Shown: positions 9,565 through 19,895, counted from the stretch's first letter. The stretch: 64,000 nucleotides of DNA from Eubacteriales bacterium (GCA_045612565.1 JAZKZG010000094.1:2556-66555), one strand, 5' to 3'. Notes: generated by a model not told the origin, from the letters alone. Numbers and translations: made by a program.

Positions 9565-11208
9565 TTATTCTAAAATATTGATATCATAAAATTTGTAATC
9601 AAATCTTCCAAAAAAGTCACGTTCGCTTGAGTGGTCGGCGGCAAAAATCTTGCCGCTTTTTTTAAGTATCGCAACCTTTGTGTTTTTTGAAAACATTGCT
9701 TTTGCTTTTTTGTGCATCGGGTCGGTCAGTTTCAAGGGCTCGGGTATTTGCAGTGCTGACGCGCACGATAAAAGGTCACACACCAATTTTTCACGCAAGA
9801 TATCGGCATCAACGCGGTCTTTAAAGAACTCAAAAATCATAACTGCATAGTCAGAAAGTGCTTTATTCTGACCGTCTGTTTTGTTGCCGAACTCAAAAAA
9901 CAGTTTGAATGGAGTACAGCCTATAGCTACCAACAAATAGTCGATTGTAAACAAAAATCGACCGCTGTTATACATTCTGTCGAGTGCATCCTCACAGCGT
10001 TTGAGAGTCTTTATTTCGTCGGCGCAAATCCATGGCGTCGATACCACCTCATACGGCGGTGTGTCGTTAAATTCGCAAGGATATTTGTCGGATTGTTCGC
10101 GCATATCGGCACCGTAAAGCAGTTTTAAAAATCCCATCTGGAGCATATGTGCGCGTAGGTCAAATCCAATATTAAAACTGTTTTCAAAACTATTTATATC
10201 CTCGCCCGTAAGCCCTGCGATAAGGTCGATGTGAATGTGCATATTGCCAAAACCGATCAATTGTTTTATGTTGTCAATCAGCCGTTTGGTGTTAGTTTTA
10301 CGGTTGATTGTTTTTAAAGTATCCTCATTAAACGACTGCATTCCGATTTCGAGTTGCACAGCGCCCTTTGGCATCTTTGAGAGCAATTCCATCGTGCTTT
10401 GCTTTAGTATATCGCCTGCAATTTCAAAGTGAAAACAAACACCCTCGGGTATATTTTTGCCGTAGTTTTGCAATATGAACTCGAGTATTTGGTTTGCGTG
10501 ATTTTCGTTTGCGTTAAAGGTACGGTCGACAAATTTTATTGTCTGCGTTCCGCTGTTTGCGAGTTTTATCAAATCCCGCTTTGTCTGCTCTATGTCAAAA
10601 AATCTAAGTCCCGATATTCTGCCCGAAAGGCAGAATGCACAGCGAAACGGGCATCCGCGCGATGATTCAATATAGCAGATTCTGCCTTTTAACGCCTCAA
10701 AATATTTGTCGGTATAAGGTGACGGCGGAGTTTGACTGTAGCAAGTCTCAGGAATTGTCACAATGCCGTCATCGTTTCTGAAACAAAGCCCCGACACATC
10801 GTTTTTGTCTGAGTTTTTTAAAAGCATATTCAAAAATGCAGGGAATGCAAATTCGCCCTCACCCGCAAGTACATAGTCGATAAACGGATATTTTACCAAA
10901 ACATCTATCTGACGATATGCAACCTCAGGTCCGCCGAGTACGATGGCACAGCCGAGTTTTTGCTTTAATTTTTCACAGATGTAAAGAGTCTGGGTAACGT
11001 TCCATATATATGTGCAAAACGAAACGATATCGGGGCGCTTTTCTATAATATTTTCGCAGTATTTGTCAAGGTCGCCATTTATTGTGCCTTCAATTATTTC
11101 GTAATTGATTTTATTCGGCAGAAATTTGTCAATACCTGCCGCAAGGCACCAAGGTGCGCTTGACATATGTACATATTTGGAATTTAAACAACCAATAATA
11201 AGTTTCAT
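9565..11208 (-). CDS. B12-binding domain radical SAM protein (DUF4080-type C-terminus likely)
   Basis: 547 aa. Cluster 'SSRGCPFRCAFCLS'. N-terminal Rossmann-like B12-binding region. Confidence 0.75.
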   Translation of the reverse strand: MKLIIGCLNSKYVHMSSAPWCLAAGIDKFLPNKINYEIIEGTINGDLDKYCENIIEKRPDIVSFCTYIWNVTQTLYICEKLKQKLGCAIVLGGPEVAYRQIDVLVKYPFIDYVLAGEGEFAFPAFLNMLLKNSDKNDVSGLCFRNDDGIVTIPETCYSQTPPSPYTDKYFEALKGRICYIESSRGCPFRCAFCLSGRISGLRFFDIEQTKRDLIKLANSGTQTIKFVDRTFNANENHANQILEFILQNYGKNIPEGVCFHFEIAGDILKQSTMELLSKMPKGAVQLEIGMQSFNEDTLKTINRKTNTKRLIDNIKQLIGFGNMHIHIDLIAGLTGEDINSFENSFNIGFDLRAHMLQMGFLKLLYGADMREQSDKYPCEFNDTPPYEVVSTPWICADEIKTLKRCEDALDRMYNSGRFLFTIDYLLVAIGCTPFKLFFEFGNKTDGQNKALSDYAVMIFEFFKDRVDADILREKLVCDLLSCASALQIPEPLKLTDPMHKKAKAMFSKNTKVAILKKSGKIFAADHSSERDFFGRFDYKFYDINILE

Positions 11209-11222
11209 TAATTCTCCTAATT

Positions 11223-11250
11223 AAAAACCGCAAGAAATACTTGCGGTTTT
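11223..11250. terminator. stem-loop terminator after the ABC importer operon
   Basis: AAAACCGCAAG-aaata-CTTGCGGTTTT, flanked by A/T runs on both strands. Confidence 0.65.
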
Positions 11251-11256
11251 ATATTG

Positions 11257-12063
11257 TTATTTAGATAGCATTACCTTGTCGCTGGTAAACTCACTTCCGC
11301 TTGCCTTTTCAAAAAGACCGAGAAGCTCCGCGATTGTGAGCTTTTTCTTTTCTTCACCTGAAACATCAACAACTACTCTGCCCTCGTGCATCATAATGAG
11401 GCGGTTGCCGTGCGCGATTGCATCGTGCATATTATGTGTAATCATAAGGGTGGTGAGTTTGTTTTCGGTGACGAGTTTGTCGGTGATTTCAAGCACTTTT
11501 GCCGCTGTTTTGGGGTCGAGTGCTGCGGTATGCTCGTCAAGAAGCAAAAGCTTTGGTTTTTTTAGAGTTGCCATAAGCAGCGTTACTGCCTGACGCTGAC
11601 CGCCCGACAAAAGTCCTACTTTTGCTGAAAGACGCGATTCAAGACCGAGTTCGAGTGTAGCGAGAAGTTTTTTATACGCCTCGCGCTCCTCTTTTCTTAT
11701 GCCCCACACAAGTTTACGCTTTGTGCCGCGGCGAGCCGCGATACCGAGATTTTCTGCAATCTCCATATCGGGTGAGGTGCCTTTCATCGGGTCCTGGAAC
11801 ACGCGTCCGAGGAACTGTGCGCGTTTGTATTCGGGCATATTTGTAACGTCAACGCCGTCAATTTCAATGGTGCCGTAATCGGGCTTCCACACACCTGCGA
11901 TAGCGTTTAGCATTGTTGATTTACCTGCGCCGTTACCGCCGATAACGGTTACAAAATCGCCGTCATTAAGTGTAAGATTAAGACCTGACAGCGCAGTTTT
12001 TGCATTTACTGTGCCGGGATTGAAAGTTTTTTGTAAGTTTGTGATTTTAAGCATTGTCGTCAC
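11257..12063 (-). CDS. ABC transporter ATP-binding protein (COG1101-like)
   Basis: Walker A GGNGAGKST, signature LSGGQRQ, Walker B LLLLDEHTAALD. Confidence 0.9.
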   Translation of the reverse strand: MTTMLKITNLQKTFNPGTVNAKTALSGLNLTLNDGDFVTVIGGNGAGKSTMLNAIAGVWKPDYGTIEIDGVDVTNMPEYKRAQFLGRVFQDPMKGTSPDMEIAENLGIAARRGTKRKLVWGIRKEEREAYKKLLATLELGLESRLSAKVGLLSGGQRQAVTLLMATLKKPKLLLLDEHTAALDPKTAAKVLEITDKLVTENKLTTLMITHNMHDAIAHGNRLIMMHEGRVVVDVSGEEKKKLTIAELLGLFEKASGSEFTSDKVMLSK

Positions 12064-12961
12064 CTCCGCAGTTTATGGGCAGTGGCTTTTGCTTTGTAAA
12101 ATATTTGCCCTTTAAATAGGGTACCGCAAGGAACAGTACAACTATTATTGCCGAGAGCATTTTGAGATAGTCGGTTTTGAGTCCCATCATTACAACAAGG
12201 CTGTAGATTATGTAGTACACAATTCCGCCGCTCACAACACCGATAAGGCTTACAACAAAGTTGGGCTTTATCTTGAGCGAAACCGAAAGACCGATAAAGA
12301 TTGCTGCAAGGCCGATAACAATTGCGCCTTTGCCGTCGTTGATGTTTGCAGAACCTTTGTACTGCGCAAGGAGTGCACCTGCAAATGCAACGATACCATT
12401 TGATATTGCAAGTCCGAGAACTTTGTTAAAATCAACGTTTACGCCTTGTGCGCGGCTCATATCGGGATTGTCACCTGTCGATTTGAGTGTAAGACCCACC
12501 TCGGTATAAAAGAACAGCCACAATACAACAATTGTTGCCGCGATTATAATTCCTGCCACAATAATTGCCATAAAATTGTCACTCATAGAGAGCATAAGTT
12601 TGTGTGTGCCGCCAACGAGTGAGGCAAGTGATTTACTGCCAAGAATTGCAAGGTTGACCGAATAGAGCATAAGCTGTGTCAAAATACCGGCAAGAATTGA
12701 CGGGATACCGAGTGCGGTATTGAGAAGTCCTGTAACAATACCCGCAAGTGCACCTGCCAAAAACGCAATAATAACACTTAACCACGCGGGAACACCGTTT
12801 ATTATAAGTACTGCGCAAACACATCCGCCGGTACAAATAGAGCCGTCAACGGTAAGGTCGGCAATATCAAGAATTTTGTAGGAGATATAGACACCGATTG
12901 CCATAAGTCCCCATATTAGACCCTCTGCTATCGCACCGGGTAATGCATTTAAAAAAGCCAT
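12047..12961 (-). CDS. ABC transporter permease (COG4120-like)
   Basis: 304 aa polytopic membrane protein. Overlaps the ATPase gene by 17 nt. Confidence 0.85.
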   Translation of the reverse strand: MAFLNALPGAIAEGLIWGLMAIGVYISYKILDIADLTVDGSICTGGCVCAVLIINGVPAWLSVIIAFLAGALAGIVTGLLNTALGIPSILAGILTQLMLYSVNLAILGSKSLASLVGGTHKLMLSMSDNFMAIIVAGIIIAATIVVLWLFFYTEVGLTLKSTGDNPDMSRAQGVNVDFNKVLGLAISNGIVAFAGALLAQYKGSANINDGKGAIVIGLAAIFIGLSVSLKIKPNFVVSLIGVVSGGIVYYIIYSLVVMMGLKTDYLKMLSAIIVVLFLAVPYLKGKYFTKQKPLPINCGGDDNA

Positions 12962-12981
12962 TGGTTTACCTCAAAAAATGA

Positions 12982-13911
12982 TTATTTGCTTTCGGGAACA
13001 GTTATACCGAGCTGAGCGCAAAGGTCAGCATTGTATGCAACTGAAGGAGTAAGTGTTTTAACTTCGAAATCAGCAGGAGTTTTGCCGTTTAAAAGAATTT
13101 CTGCAGCCATTTTACCTGTTTCGCGGCCGAGTTCTTCATAGTCGATTGCAAGTGAAGCATAGCAGATAGCGCCGCCGTAACTTGTGTATACAGGAACCTT
13201 TTTGCCGCTGCAGATTGTACCTACGATTGCGTCGTTGTCGGCAACAGTGTTGTCTGAAGGAACATAAACTGCCTTACATTCACCTGCCATTGCTGTAACG
13301 AGAGCCTGAAGTTCGGTTGTTTCCGAGAATGTATATGCCTTTACAACAATCTTCTTTTCTTCGAAAAGTTTTTTAACTGCTTCGTACTGGATAACTGAGT
13401 TTGACTCGTTTGTGCAATAGAGAACGCCCACCTGATCGCCTTCTTTAAGACCGAGTGACTCAATCATCATTTTTGCCTGTTCGTCAAAAGGAACAGCGTC
13501 TGATGTACCCGAAACGTTTGCGGGGATGTTACCTGCAAAGGTATCGTTGTAGTCGGTAACAGATGTGCCGAGAACGGGGATGGTTGTTGTGGCATTTGCT
13601 GCTGCAAGAAGTGCGGGAGTAGCGTTTGCCATAATAAGATCAACGTTCTTTGATGTGAAAGCCTTTACGATAGTTGTGCAAAGGTCTGCACCGCCTGCAA
13701 CCTGTGTATCGAACGTAACAGTCTTACCTGCTTTTTCGAGTTCTTCGGTGAGTGCTGCAATAAAGCCGTTTGTTGCTTTATCGAGTGATTCGTGTTCCAT
13801 AAGCTGACAGATACCAACGGTGAAGTCGGTCTTTTCGCCGCACGATGTAAGCGAAGCCATAAGGCATACGCACATAACCAAAATTGTGATAAGTGAAATA
13901 ATCTTTTTCAT
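12982..13911 (-). CDS. ABC transporter substrate-binding lipoprotein (COG2984 / ABC_sub_bind-like)
   Basis: Lipobox 'LMASLTSCGEK' after MKKIISLITILVMCVC. ATG at 13911 is preceded by GGAG; the ORF-track start at 13983 would lie inside the T-box. Confidence 0.85.
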   Translation of the reverse strand: MKKIISLITILVMCVCLMASLTSCGEKTDFTVGICQLMEHESLDKATNGFIAALTEELEKAGKTVTFDTQVAGGADLCTTIVKAFTSKNVDLIMANATPALLAAANATTTIPVLGTSVTDYNDTFAGNIPANVSGTSDAVPFDEQAKMMIESLGLKEGDQVGVLYCTNESNSVIQYEAVKKLFEEKKIVVKAYTFSETTELQALVTAMAGECKAVYVPSDNTVADNDAIVGTICSGKKVPVYTSYGGAICYASLAIDYEELGRETGKMAAEILLNGKTPADFEVKTLTPSVAYNADLCAQLGITVPESK

Positions 13912-13924
13912 ATTTTTTCTCCTT

Positions 13925-14205
13925 TTAAAATAAAAACGCACTGCATCAAAAGATGCAGGGACGATTATAAACCGTGTTACCACTCTGCTTTACTCTTTTT
14001 TCGCAAAAAGAGCCTCTTCGGGTGCACATTACACCCTTGCAATATAACGGTTGCAACCGATACAGCCTACGCAGTAAAAACCTTCAGCTAACAGCTAACA
14101 AAATGAATTCACCTGTCTTTGTGATACTGTTTTGCACCAACCAACAGTTCTCTGGATCACGACAAACGGGTTACTGATTTTTGCTCAAACGCTTTTAAAA
14201 TACTA
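13925..14205 (-). promoter_or_regulatory. T-box riboswitch leader, apparent UUC (Phe) specifier
   Basis: On the minus strand, Stem I shows UGAG/CAAAA...UUUUG, an AGUA S-turn, the AGAGA bulge and a GGUGCAA distal loop. The specifier loop reads 'GAA-UUC-A' (codon at 14105..14107). T-box sequence AGAGUGGUAACACGG is at 13972..13986. Terminator CCCTGCATC-tttt-GATGCAG plus a U-run is at 13932..13962. Confidence 0.8.
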
Positions 14206-14212
14206 TATGATT

Positions 14213-14241
14213 ATTTTATATAATGAAATGCTCTTTGTCAA
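14213..14241 (-). promoter_or_regulatory. sigma-A-type promoter for the T-box/ABC operon
   Basis: Minus strand TTGACA (14236..14241), 17 nt spacer, TAAAAT (14213..14218). Confidence 0.6.
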
Positions 14242-14290
14242 GGAATTTTTTTGAATAATTATACAGTATAGCAAAAGCGATGCTTATCGG

Positions 14291-14953
14291 CTATTCAAAA
14301 GAAACGGGTTTTGTCTGTTCTGTTGCAAAAGCGTTGGGACCGGGGTCGGACATTGAAAAATACATTTTTGCCGCCTTGGTAGTACCGAAATCACGATTTG
14401 AACCTGAGTTTTGCACCTTGTTAAAGGCATCGCGGAACATCTGATTATGCGCTTCTTCGCGGTTTAGCAAAAAGTCGATTGTTTCGCGCACCTTTTTATC
14501 GTTTATCTGGCGGTAAAGATATTCATAAACTACTTTGGCGCGTTGTTCGGATGCGATATTACTCAAAAGGTCGGCGCACAAATCTCCGGTTACTGTCACA
14601 TAGTCGCCTGTCCATGAATACCCCGAAGCATTGATAAGCCCTGGATTTAGACCAAGCAGTACGTGTGACTGAATTTCACCTGCAGGTACTCTGTCGGCAC
14701 ATACATCGTGACCGTTTAAGAGATTTATGGCTTGTGCTACCATTTCCATATGACCGAGTTCTTCCGCGGCAATATCCAAAAATAAGTCTTTTATCTCGGG
14801 GTCTTTAATTCTGAAACTTTGCGACATATACTGCATAGCCGCCTTGAGTTCACCGTTACCGCCGCCAAGCTGTTCTTGTAAAAGTGCCGCATACTGCGGG
14901 TTTGGTTTTTCGATTTCAACAGGATGAAAAAGTTTTTTTTCGTGTTTGAACAT
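14291..14953 (-). CDS. manganese catalase family protein (CotJC-like)
   Basis: MFKHEKKLFHPVEIEKPNPQYAALLQEQLGGGNGELKAAMQYMSQSF... EELGHMEMV, a di-Mn ferritin-like signature. Confidence 0.85.
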   Translation of the reverse strand: MFKHEKKLFHPVEIEKPNPQYAALLQEQLGGGNGELKAAMQYMSQSFRIKDPEIKDLFLDIAAEELGHMEMVAQAINLLNGHDVCADRVPAGEIQSHVLLGLNPGLINASGYSWTGDYVTVTGDLCADLLSNIASEQRAKVVYEYLYRQINDKKVRETIDFLLNREEAHNQMFRDAFNKVQNSGSNRDFGTTKAAKMYFSMSDPGPNAFATEQTKPVSFE

Positions 14954-15075
14954 TTTGTTACCTCCTTATATATCCTATAAATATTTTTCTGTTTTTTTGC
15001 AATTGTATTCATAGTTTTTATATGCATATTTTTCTGTAATTGCAAAAACTAATTGTAATATACGGAGGAAATAAT

Positions 15076-16383
15076 ATGAAATCGATTTGGGAACAACAAT
15101 CATCAAAACCTGAGTTCAAAACTCTTGACGGTGACAAGAATACTGATATTTTAATAATCGGCGGAGGGATAGCAGGAATTTTATGTGCCCATAAGTTATC
15201 GAAATCGGGTGTCGAGTGCACAGTAGTTGAAGCAAATGAAATATGCGGAGGCATAACTAAAAACACTACGGCGAAAATCACAGTCGGACACGGACTCATA
15301 TATGATAAACTTATTAATCGCTTTGGACAACAAAATGCGCAACTTTATCTTTCGGCACAGATGGATGCACTCAAAGAATATATCGCGTTATGCCGTGATA
15401 TAGACTGCGATTTTCAAAACAAAGATTCGTATGTCTATTCTCTTTATGACACAAACAAAATCGAAAAAGAAATAAAAGCACTTAATAAACTCGGTATAAA
15501 AGCCGAATTTTCGGATGCATACGAACTTCCGATTGCGGTTGCGGGTGCGGTACGTGTGAAAAATCAGGCACAGTTTAATCCGCTTAAGTTTTTGTATGCG
15601 GTTGCAAAAAAACTTCCGATATATGAACATACAAAGGTGATGGAATTAAAAGAGAACAAAGCATACACAAACCGTGGTGTTATCTCCTTTAAAAAATTAG
15701 TTGTTACAACTCATTTTCCTATTTTTAATAAGCACGGCGGATACTTCTTAAAACTCTACCAGCACCGTTCTTATGTTGTTGCGCTCAAAAGCGTACCGCA
15801 ATTGAGCGGTATGTATGTTGATGAGTCTGATACGGGACTTTCTTTCAGAAGTTTCGGCGATGTTTTGCTTTTGGGCGGCGGAGGTCACCGAACGGGCAAA
15901 CAGGGCGGATGCTTTAGCGAACTGGAAGTATTTGCAAAAAAACATTATAACAATGCAAAAATTGTTGCAAAATGGGCAACACAGGACTGTATGACGCTGG
16001 ATGGGGTGGCATATATAGGTCAGTATGCAAAATCAACTCCGAATGTGTATGTAGCAACTGGCTTTAATAAATGGGGAATGACCAATGCAATGGCGGCGTC
16101 AAATATTTTGTGCGACATTATTTGTGGCAGACAAAACCGATATGCAGATGTGTTTTTGCCTTCGCGGAGCATACTTCATCCGCAGTTGGCACTTAACGCC
16201 TTTGAATCGGTGATGGGAATTATAACTCCCACAGTACCACGATGTCCGCACCTTGGCTGTGCTCTTAAATATAATCATGCCGAGCATACGTGGGATTGTT
16301 CCTGCCACGGCTCACGTTTTACAATAAACGGCAAACTTATCGACAATCCCGCCACCGATGACCACAAAACAATAGGCAAATAA
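15076..16383 (+). CDS. FAD-dependent oxidoreductase with C-terminal Rieske [2Fe-2S] domain
   Basis: GxGxxG 'IIGGGIAGILCA'. Rieske motif 'CPHLGC...CSCHGS'. ATG at 15076 follows GGAGGA. Confidence 0.8.
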   Translation: MKSIWEQQSSKPEFKTLDGDKNTDILIIGGGIAGILCAHKLSKSGVECTVVEANEICGGITKNTTAKITVGHGLIYDKLINRFGQQNAQLYLSAQMDALKEYIALCRDIDCDFQNKDSYVYSLYDTNKIEKEIKALNKLGIKAEFSDAYELPIAVAGAVRVKNQAQFNPLKFLYAVAKKLPIYEHTKVMELKENKAYTNRGVISFKKLVVTTHFPIFNKHGGYFLKLYQHRSYVVALKSVPQLSGMYVDESDTGLSFRSFGDVLLLGGGGHRTGKQGGCFSELEVFAKKHYNNAKIVAKWATQDCMTLDGVAYIGQYAKSTPNVYVATGFNKWGMTNAMAASNILCDIICGRQNRYADVFLPSRSILHPQLALNAFESVMGIITPTVPRCPHLGCALKYNHAEHTWDCSCHGSRFTINGKLIDNPATDDHKTIGK

Positions 16384-16407
16384 AAAAATCCCCGAGGGGA
16401 TTTTTTT
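16382..16407. terminator. bidirectional terminator
   Basis: AAAAAAATCCCC-ga-GGGGATTTTTTT between convergent genes. Confidence 0.7.
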
Positions 16408-18184
16408 AATGGAATTGTGAATTATACAGCGAGTGGTAAAAACCGCCTTTTTGTATTAGTTGTTCGTGGTTTCCCTGTTCGATAATTGCACCGTCTTTTA
16501 CCACAAGGATGGTATCGGCATTCTGAATTGTCGAAAGCCTGTGGGCAATTATAAAACAGGTCTTATTCTTCATAAGTTCGGTCATTGCGTTTTGTATTTG
16601 TATCTCGGTACGTGAGTCAACGTTTGAGGTTGCCTCGTCAAGAATGAGTATCGGTGCTTTTGACAAAAACGCACGTGCGATGGTTATAAGTTGTTTCTGA
16701 CCTTTTGAAATGTTTACACCGTCATCCGAAAGTATGGTGTCATACCCGTCGGGAAGTGATTCGATATATGAGGCGATTTTTGCTGACTTTGCCGCCGCAT
16801 AAACCTCCTCAGGCGTTGCATCTTGTCTGCCGTAAACGATGTTATCGTAAATGCTACCGCAAAACAGCCAGGTATCCTGAAGTACCATATTAAACGCAAA
16901 GCGCAGGTCTTGTCGCTTTAATTCGACCGACGGAATTCCGTCTATCAGGATTTTTCCGCTCTGTGCATCATAAAAGCGCATAAGCAGATTTATTATTGTT
17001 GTTTTTCCTGCACCCGTGGGTCCGACTATAGCAACAGTCTGACCTTTATTTGCGGTTACCGAGACATTTTTGAGTATTGTTTTATCCTGTGTATATCCAA
17101 AAGTTATGTTTTCAAGGCAGACATCGCCGTTTACATTCTTTAACTCTTTTGCATCTTTGATATCTTCTTTTTCGGGTTGCTCGTCAAGTATTGCAAATAC
17201 ACGCTCCGCGGCAGAAAATGCCGACTGAAACTCGTGAAGGATATTCGAAAACTCGTTTATGGGACCTGCAAATTTTCGTGAGTACTGCACAAACTGAGCA
17301 ACACCGCCAAGAGTTATAAAGAATACCGATGTTGCAAGTACGGTGCCGTTTTGTGAGAACATATAAAGTATTCCGCCGATGACGGCAACAAGTGTGAGCG
17401 AAATATTGTTTATAAGGTTTATGGTCGGGAAGAGCAGTGCGGCATTATATTCCGCTTTGTAAAATGCGTCCATTGCTTCGTCATTTATTTTGTTAAAGCG
17501 CGACGAGATTTCTTGTTGTTTTCCATAGGCAGAGATTGTACGCGAACCTGTAAGCATCTCTTCGGCAAAACCGTTAAGTTCACCGTATTTTTTGGCTCTT
17601 TTGCTAAAAAGAGGGCGCACTTTTTTTGAACGGTAGCGGGTAAACAGTATCGATACGGGAACGGTCAGCGCAAAAATGAGTATCATCGGCTTTGAAATCT
17701 GCCACATAAAAATAAGCGAACCCACAACGGTATAAATACTTGTCATAACCTGTATGAGATCGTGTGAGAGGGTGCTGTTTATGGTGTCGATATCGTATGA
17801 AAGGTGGCTTATAATGTCACCTGTTGCGTGGGTGTCGAAATATCCCACAGGAAGTGTTGTCAGTTTTTCAAAAACCTGTTTGCGCATTTTGTATATGATA
17901 CGTTGGCTCAGGTTTATCATAACAACCGAAAGAATGTATGAAAGCAGTGCCGAAATCACATAACAGCCAATCATATATGCTATGTTTTTCCATACAGCAT
18001 CAAAGTCAACACCGCCCTTAAATTCAATCGCATCAATTGCCGCACCCGAAAATCTGGGGCCAAGGAGTGACAGTTGGTTTGAACCGAGTGTTAAAATCAG
18101 CGCTGTAATAAACAACGGCCATTGTTCCACAACGTATTTACTCAGGCGCAAAAATATGCCTTTTTTAAACTTTTTCTTAGTCAA
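16406..18184 (-). CDS. ABC exporter, fused permease/ATPase (heterodimer partner B)
   Basis: Six-TM domain plus Walker A GPTGAGKTT, signature ISKGQKQ, Walker B ILILDEATS. The TTG at 18184 follows GGGAGGTG; the ORF track's upstream start at 18211 is also possible. Confidence 0.85.
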   Translation of the reverse strand: MTKKKFKKGIFLRLSKYVVEQWPLFITALILTLGSNQLSLLGPRFSGAAIDAIEFKGGVDFDAVWKNIAYMIGCYVISALLSYILSVVMINLSQRIIYKMRKQVFEKLTTLPVGYFDTHATGDIISHLSYDIDTINSTLSHDLIQVMTSIYTVVGSLIFMWQISKPMILIFALTVPVSILFTRYRSKKVRPLFSKRAKKYGELNGFAEEMLTGSRTISAYGKQQEISSRFNKINDEAMDAFYKAEYNAALLFPTINLINNISLTLVAVIGGILYMFSQNGTVLATSVFFITLGGVAQFVQYSRKFAGPINEFSNILHEFQSAFSAAERVFAILDEQPEKEDIKDAKELKNVNGDVCLENITFGYTQDKTILKNVSVTANKGQTVAIVGPTGAGKTTIINLLMRFYDAQSGKILIDGIPSVELKRQDLRFAFNMVLQDTWLFCGSIYDNIVYGRQDATPEEVYAAAKSAKIASYIESLPDGYDTILSDDGVNISKGQKQLITIARAFLSKAPILILDEATSNVDSRTEIQIQNAMTELMKNKTCFIIAHRLSTIQNADTILVVKDGAIIEQGNHEQLIQKGGFYHSLYNSQFH

Positions 18185-19895
18185 GGAAAGCACCTCCCAT
18201 CTGTGAGTCACTTATCTCTTTGTATTCGGTACAGTTTGTAAGAAGGTGTTCGTGTTTTCCATAGCCGATTATTTCGCCGTCTTCGATAACGAGTATCAGG
18301 TCGCAGTTTTTAACTGAACTGACGCGCTGTGCAACGGTAATAACGGTGGAATGCGGGAGTGACGTCGAAAGTGCAGTGCGCAGATTTGCGTCGGTTTTAT
18401 AGTCGAGCGCCGATGACGAGTCGTCGAGTATGAGTATTTCGGGTTGTCCTGCGATTGCACGTGTGATTAAAAGTCGCTGACGCTGACCACCCGAGAGATT
18501 GGTGCCTCCCGATGATACGCTGTGGGCATATCCGTCAGTAAATGACGAAATAAAATCGTGTGCCTGTGCAATCTTTGCTGCGCTTATAATGGTTTGTGTA
18601 GAAATGTCGCGTCCGAAACGGATATTTTCTTCTATTGTGTCAGCATAAATAAAATCATTCTGAAAAACAACACCGAACATATCGGTCAGCGTATCGCGGT
18701 CATATGAGCGTATGTCTTTGCCGTTTATACGGATAACACCGCTGTCTGCGTCATAAAAACGCATAAGCAATCGCAGAATTGTCGATTTGCCGCTTCCCGT
18801 GGCACCGATAATGCCTAGTGTCTGTCCTTTTTTTAACTCAAACGATATATCTTTTAAGTTGTTTTTCTTTCCGAGATACGAAAAGTTTACGTTTTTAAAA
18901 CTGATATGTACCGACGCATCGCCTTTGCCGTCGTCCTCAACGTCAACAAGTTCGCTTTTTTGTTCCATAACCTGCGAGATGCGTTTTGCAGATGCGGCAC
19001 ACTTTGTGTACATGACAAACATACGCGACAGCGACATCATTGCCATCGATATAAGTGTAAAATACTGCATAAATGCAATAACGGTTGACGAGGAAGACTG
19101 ATTACGTGCTACAAAATATGCACTGACTGCAACAACCGCAACAATGCCCAGATTCATAAGCAGTGTCATAATAGGGTTTACCACACCCATAATTATTCCC
19201 GCTCGGCTTTCGTTTTTTCTGAGCGTAAGATTGGCGCGGTCATAACGCGCGTTTTCATAATCCACCTTTGATAGTGCTTTTATAACACGGATGCCCTGCG
19301 CGTCTTCGCGCACAACGCGTACCATTCCGTCGACCGACTGTTGCACCTTTGAATAGAGCGGCACACCCATTCGTGATATGCTGTATACAACCGCAAAAAT
19401 AAGCGGTAGCATTGCAATCATAACAAGCGCCAGTTTTTTGTCCATAGCCATTGTGATGATTGTTCCGCCAAGCAAAAGTATCGGCGCACGTATGCCCATT
19501 CTCTGCATCATTCCTATAAAGTTCTGCACATTGTATGTATCAGAAGTTATTCGCGATTCGAGTGACGGAATGGTAAATTCATCGGTGCTTCTTGCCGATA
19601 AATTAAGTGTTTTCAAAAACAGATTTTTTCGCATCTGTGTCGAAAATCTCATTGTTGTTTTTGCTGCCATTCTGTTGGCAATTATATTTCCAAGACAGGC
19701 AATAACAGCGCAGACTGTCATTAAACCGCCAAAAAATATAATCTTTTTTACATCATTTGCTTGTATGACATTGTCAAGTATGTAACTCAGCAAAAAAGGA
19801 ATTATAAGTTCCGCGACTGTGCCGAGCATCTTTATGCTTGTTCCCGCTATAATTCGTTTTGTCAGCGGTTTTATGTATGAAAAAACCCACTTCAT
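18177..19895 (-). CDS. ABC exporter, fused permease/ATPase (heterodimer partner A)
   Basis: Walker A GATGSGKST, signature LSGGQRQR, Walker B ILILDDSSS. Overlaps the marR stop (ATGA-type). Confidence 0.85.
   Translation of the reverse strand: MKWVFSYIKPLTKRIIAGTSIKMLGTVAELIIPFLLSYILDNVIQANDVKKIIFFGGLMTVCAVIACLGNIIANRMAAKTTMRFSTQMRKNLFLKTLNLSARSTDEFTIPSLESRITSDTYNVQNFIGMMQRMGIRAPILLLGGTIITMAMDKKLALVMIAMLPLIFAVVYSISRMGVPLYSKVQQSVDGMVRVVREDAQGIRVIKALSKVDYENARYDRANLTLRKNESRAGIIMGVVNPIMTLLMNLGIVAVVAVSAYFVARNQSSSSTVIAFMQYFTLISMAMMSLSRMFVMYTKCAASAKRISQVMEQKSELVDVEDDGKGDASVHISFKNVNFSYLGKKNNLKDISFELKKGQTLGIIGATGSGKSTILRLLMRFYDADSGVIRINGKDIRSYDRDTLTDMFGVVFQNDFIYADTIEENIRFGRDISTQTIISAAKIAQAHDFISSFTDGYAHSVSSGGTNLSGGQRQRLLITRAIAGQPEILILDDSSSALDYKTDANLRTALSTSLPHSTVITVAQRVSSVKNCDLILVIEDGEIIGYGKHEHLLTNCTEYKEISDSQMGGAFLD

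Noticed and set aside
14103-14110. GAATTC palindrome (EcoRI site) at the T-box specifier
   Set aside because: The palindromic nature is a coincidence of GAA followed by UUC. No protein-operator role is implied.
13974-14177. 67-aa plus-strand ORF
   Set aside because: It is antisense to the Phe-type T-box leader, has no RBS, and the structured RNA explains the sequence.
14791-15299. Two minus-strand ORFs (84 and 93 aa) around the catalase / oxidoreductase divergent region
   Set aside because: One overlaps the catalase 5' end out of frame. The other is antisense to the FAD-binding N-terminus of the oxidoreductase. Neither has an RBS.
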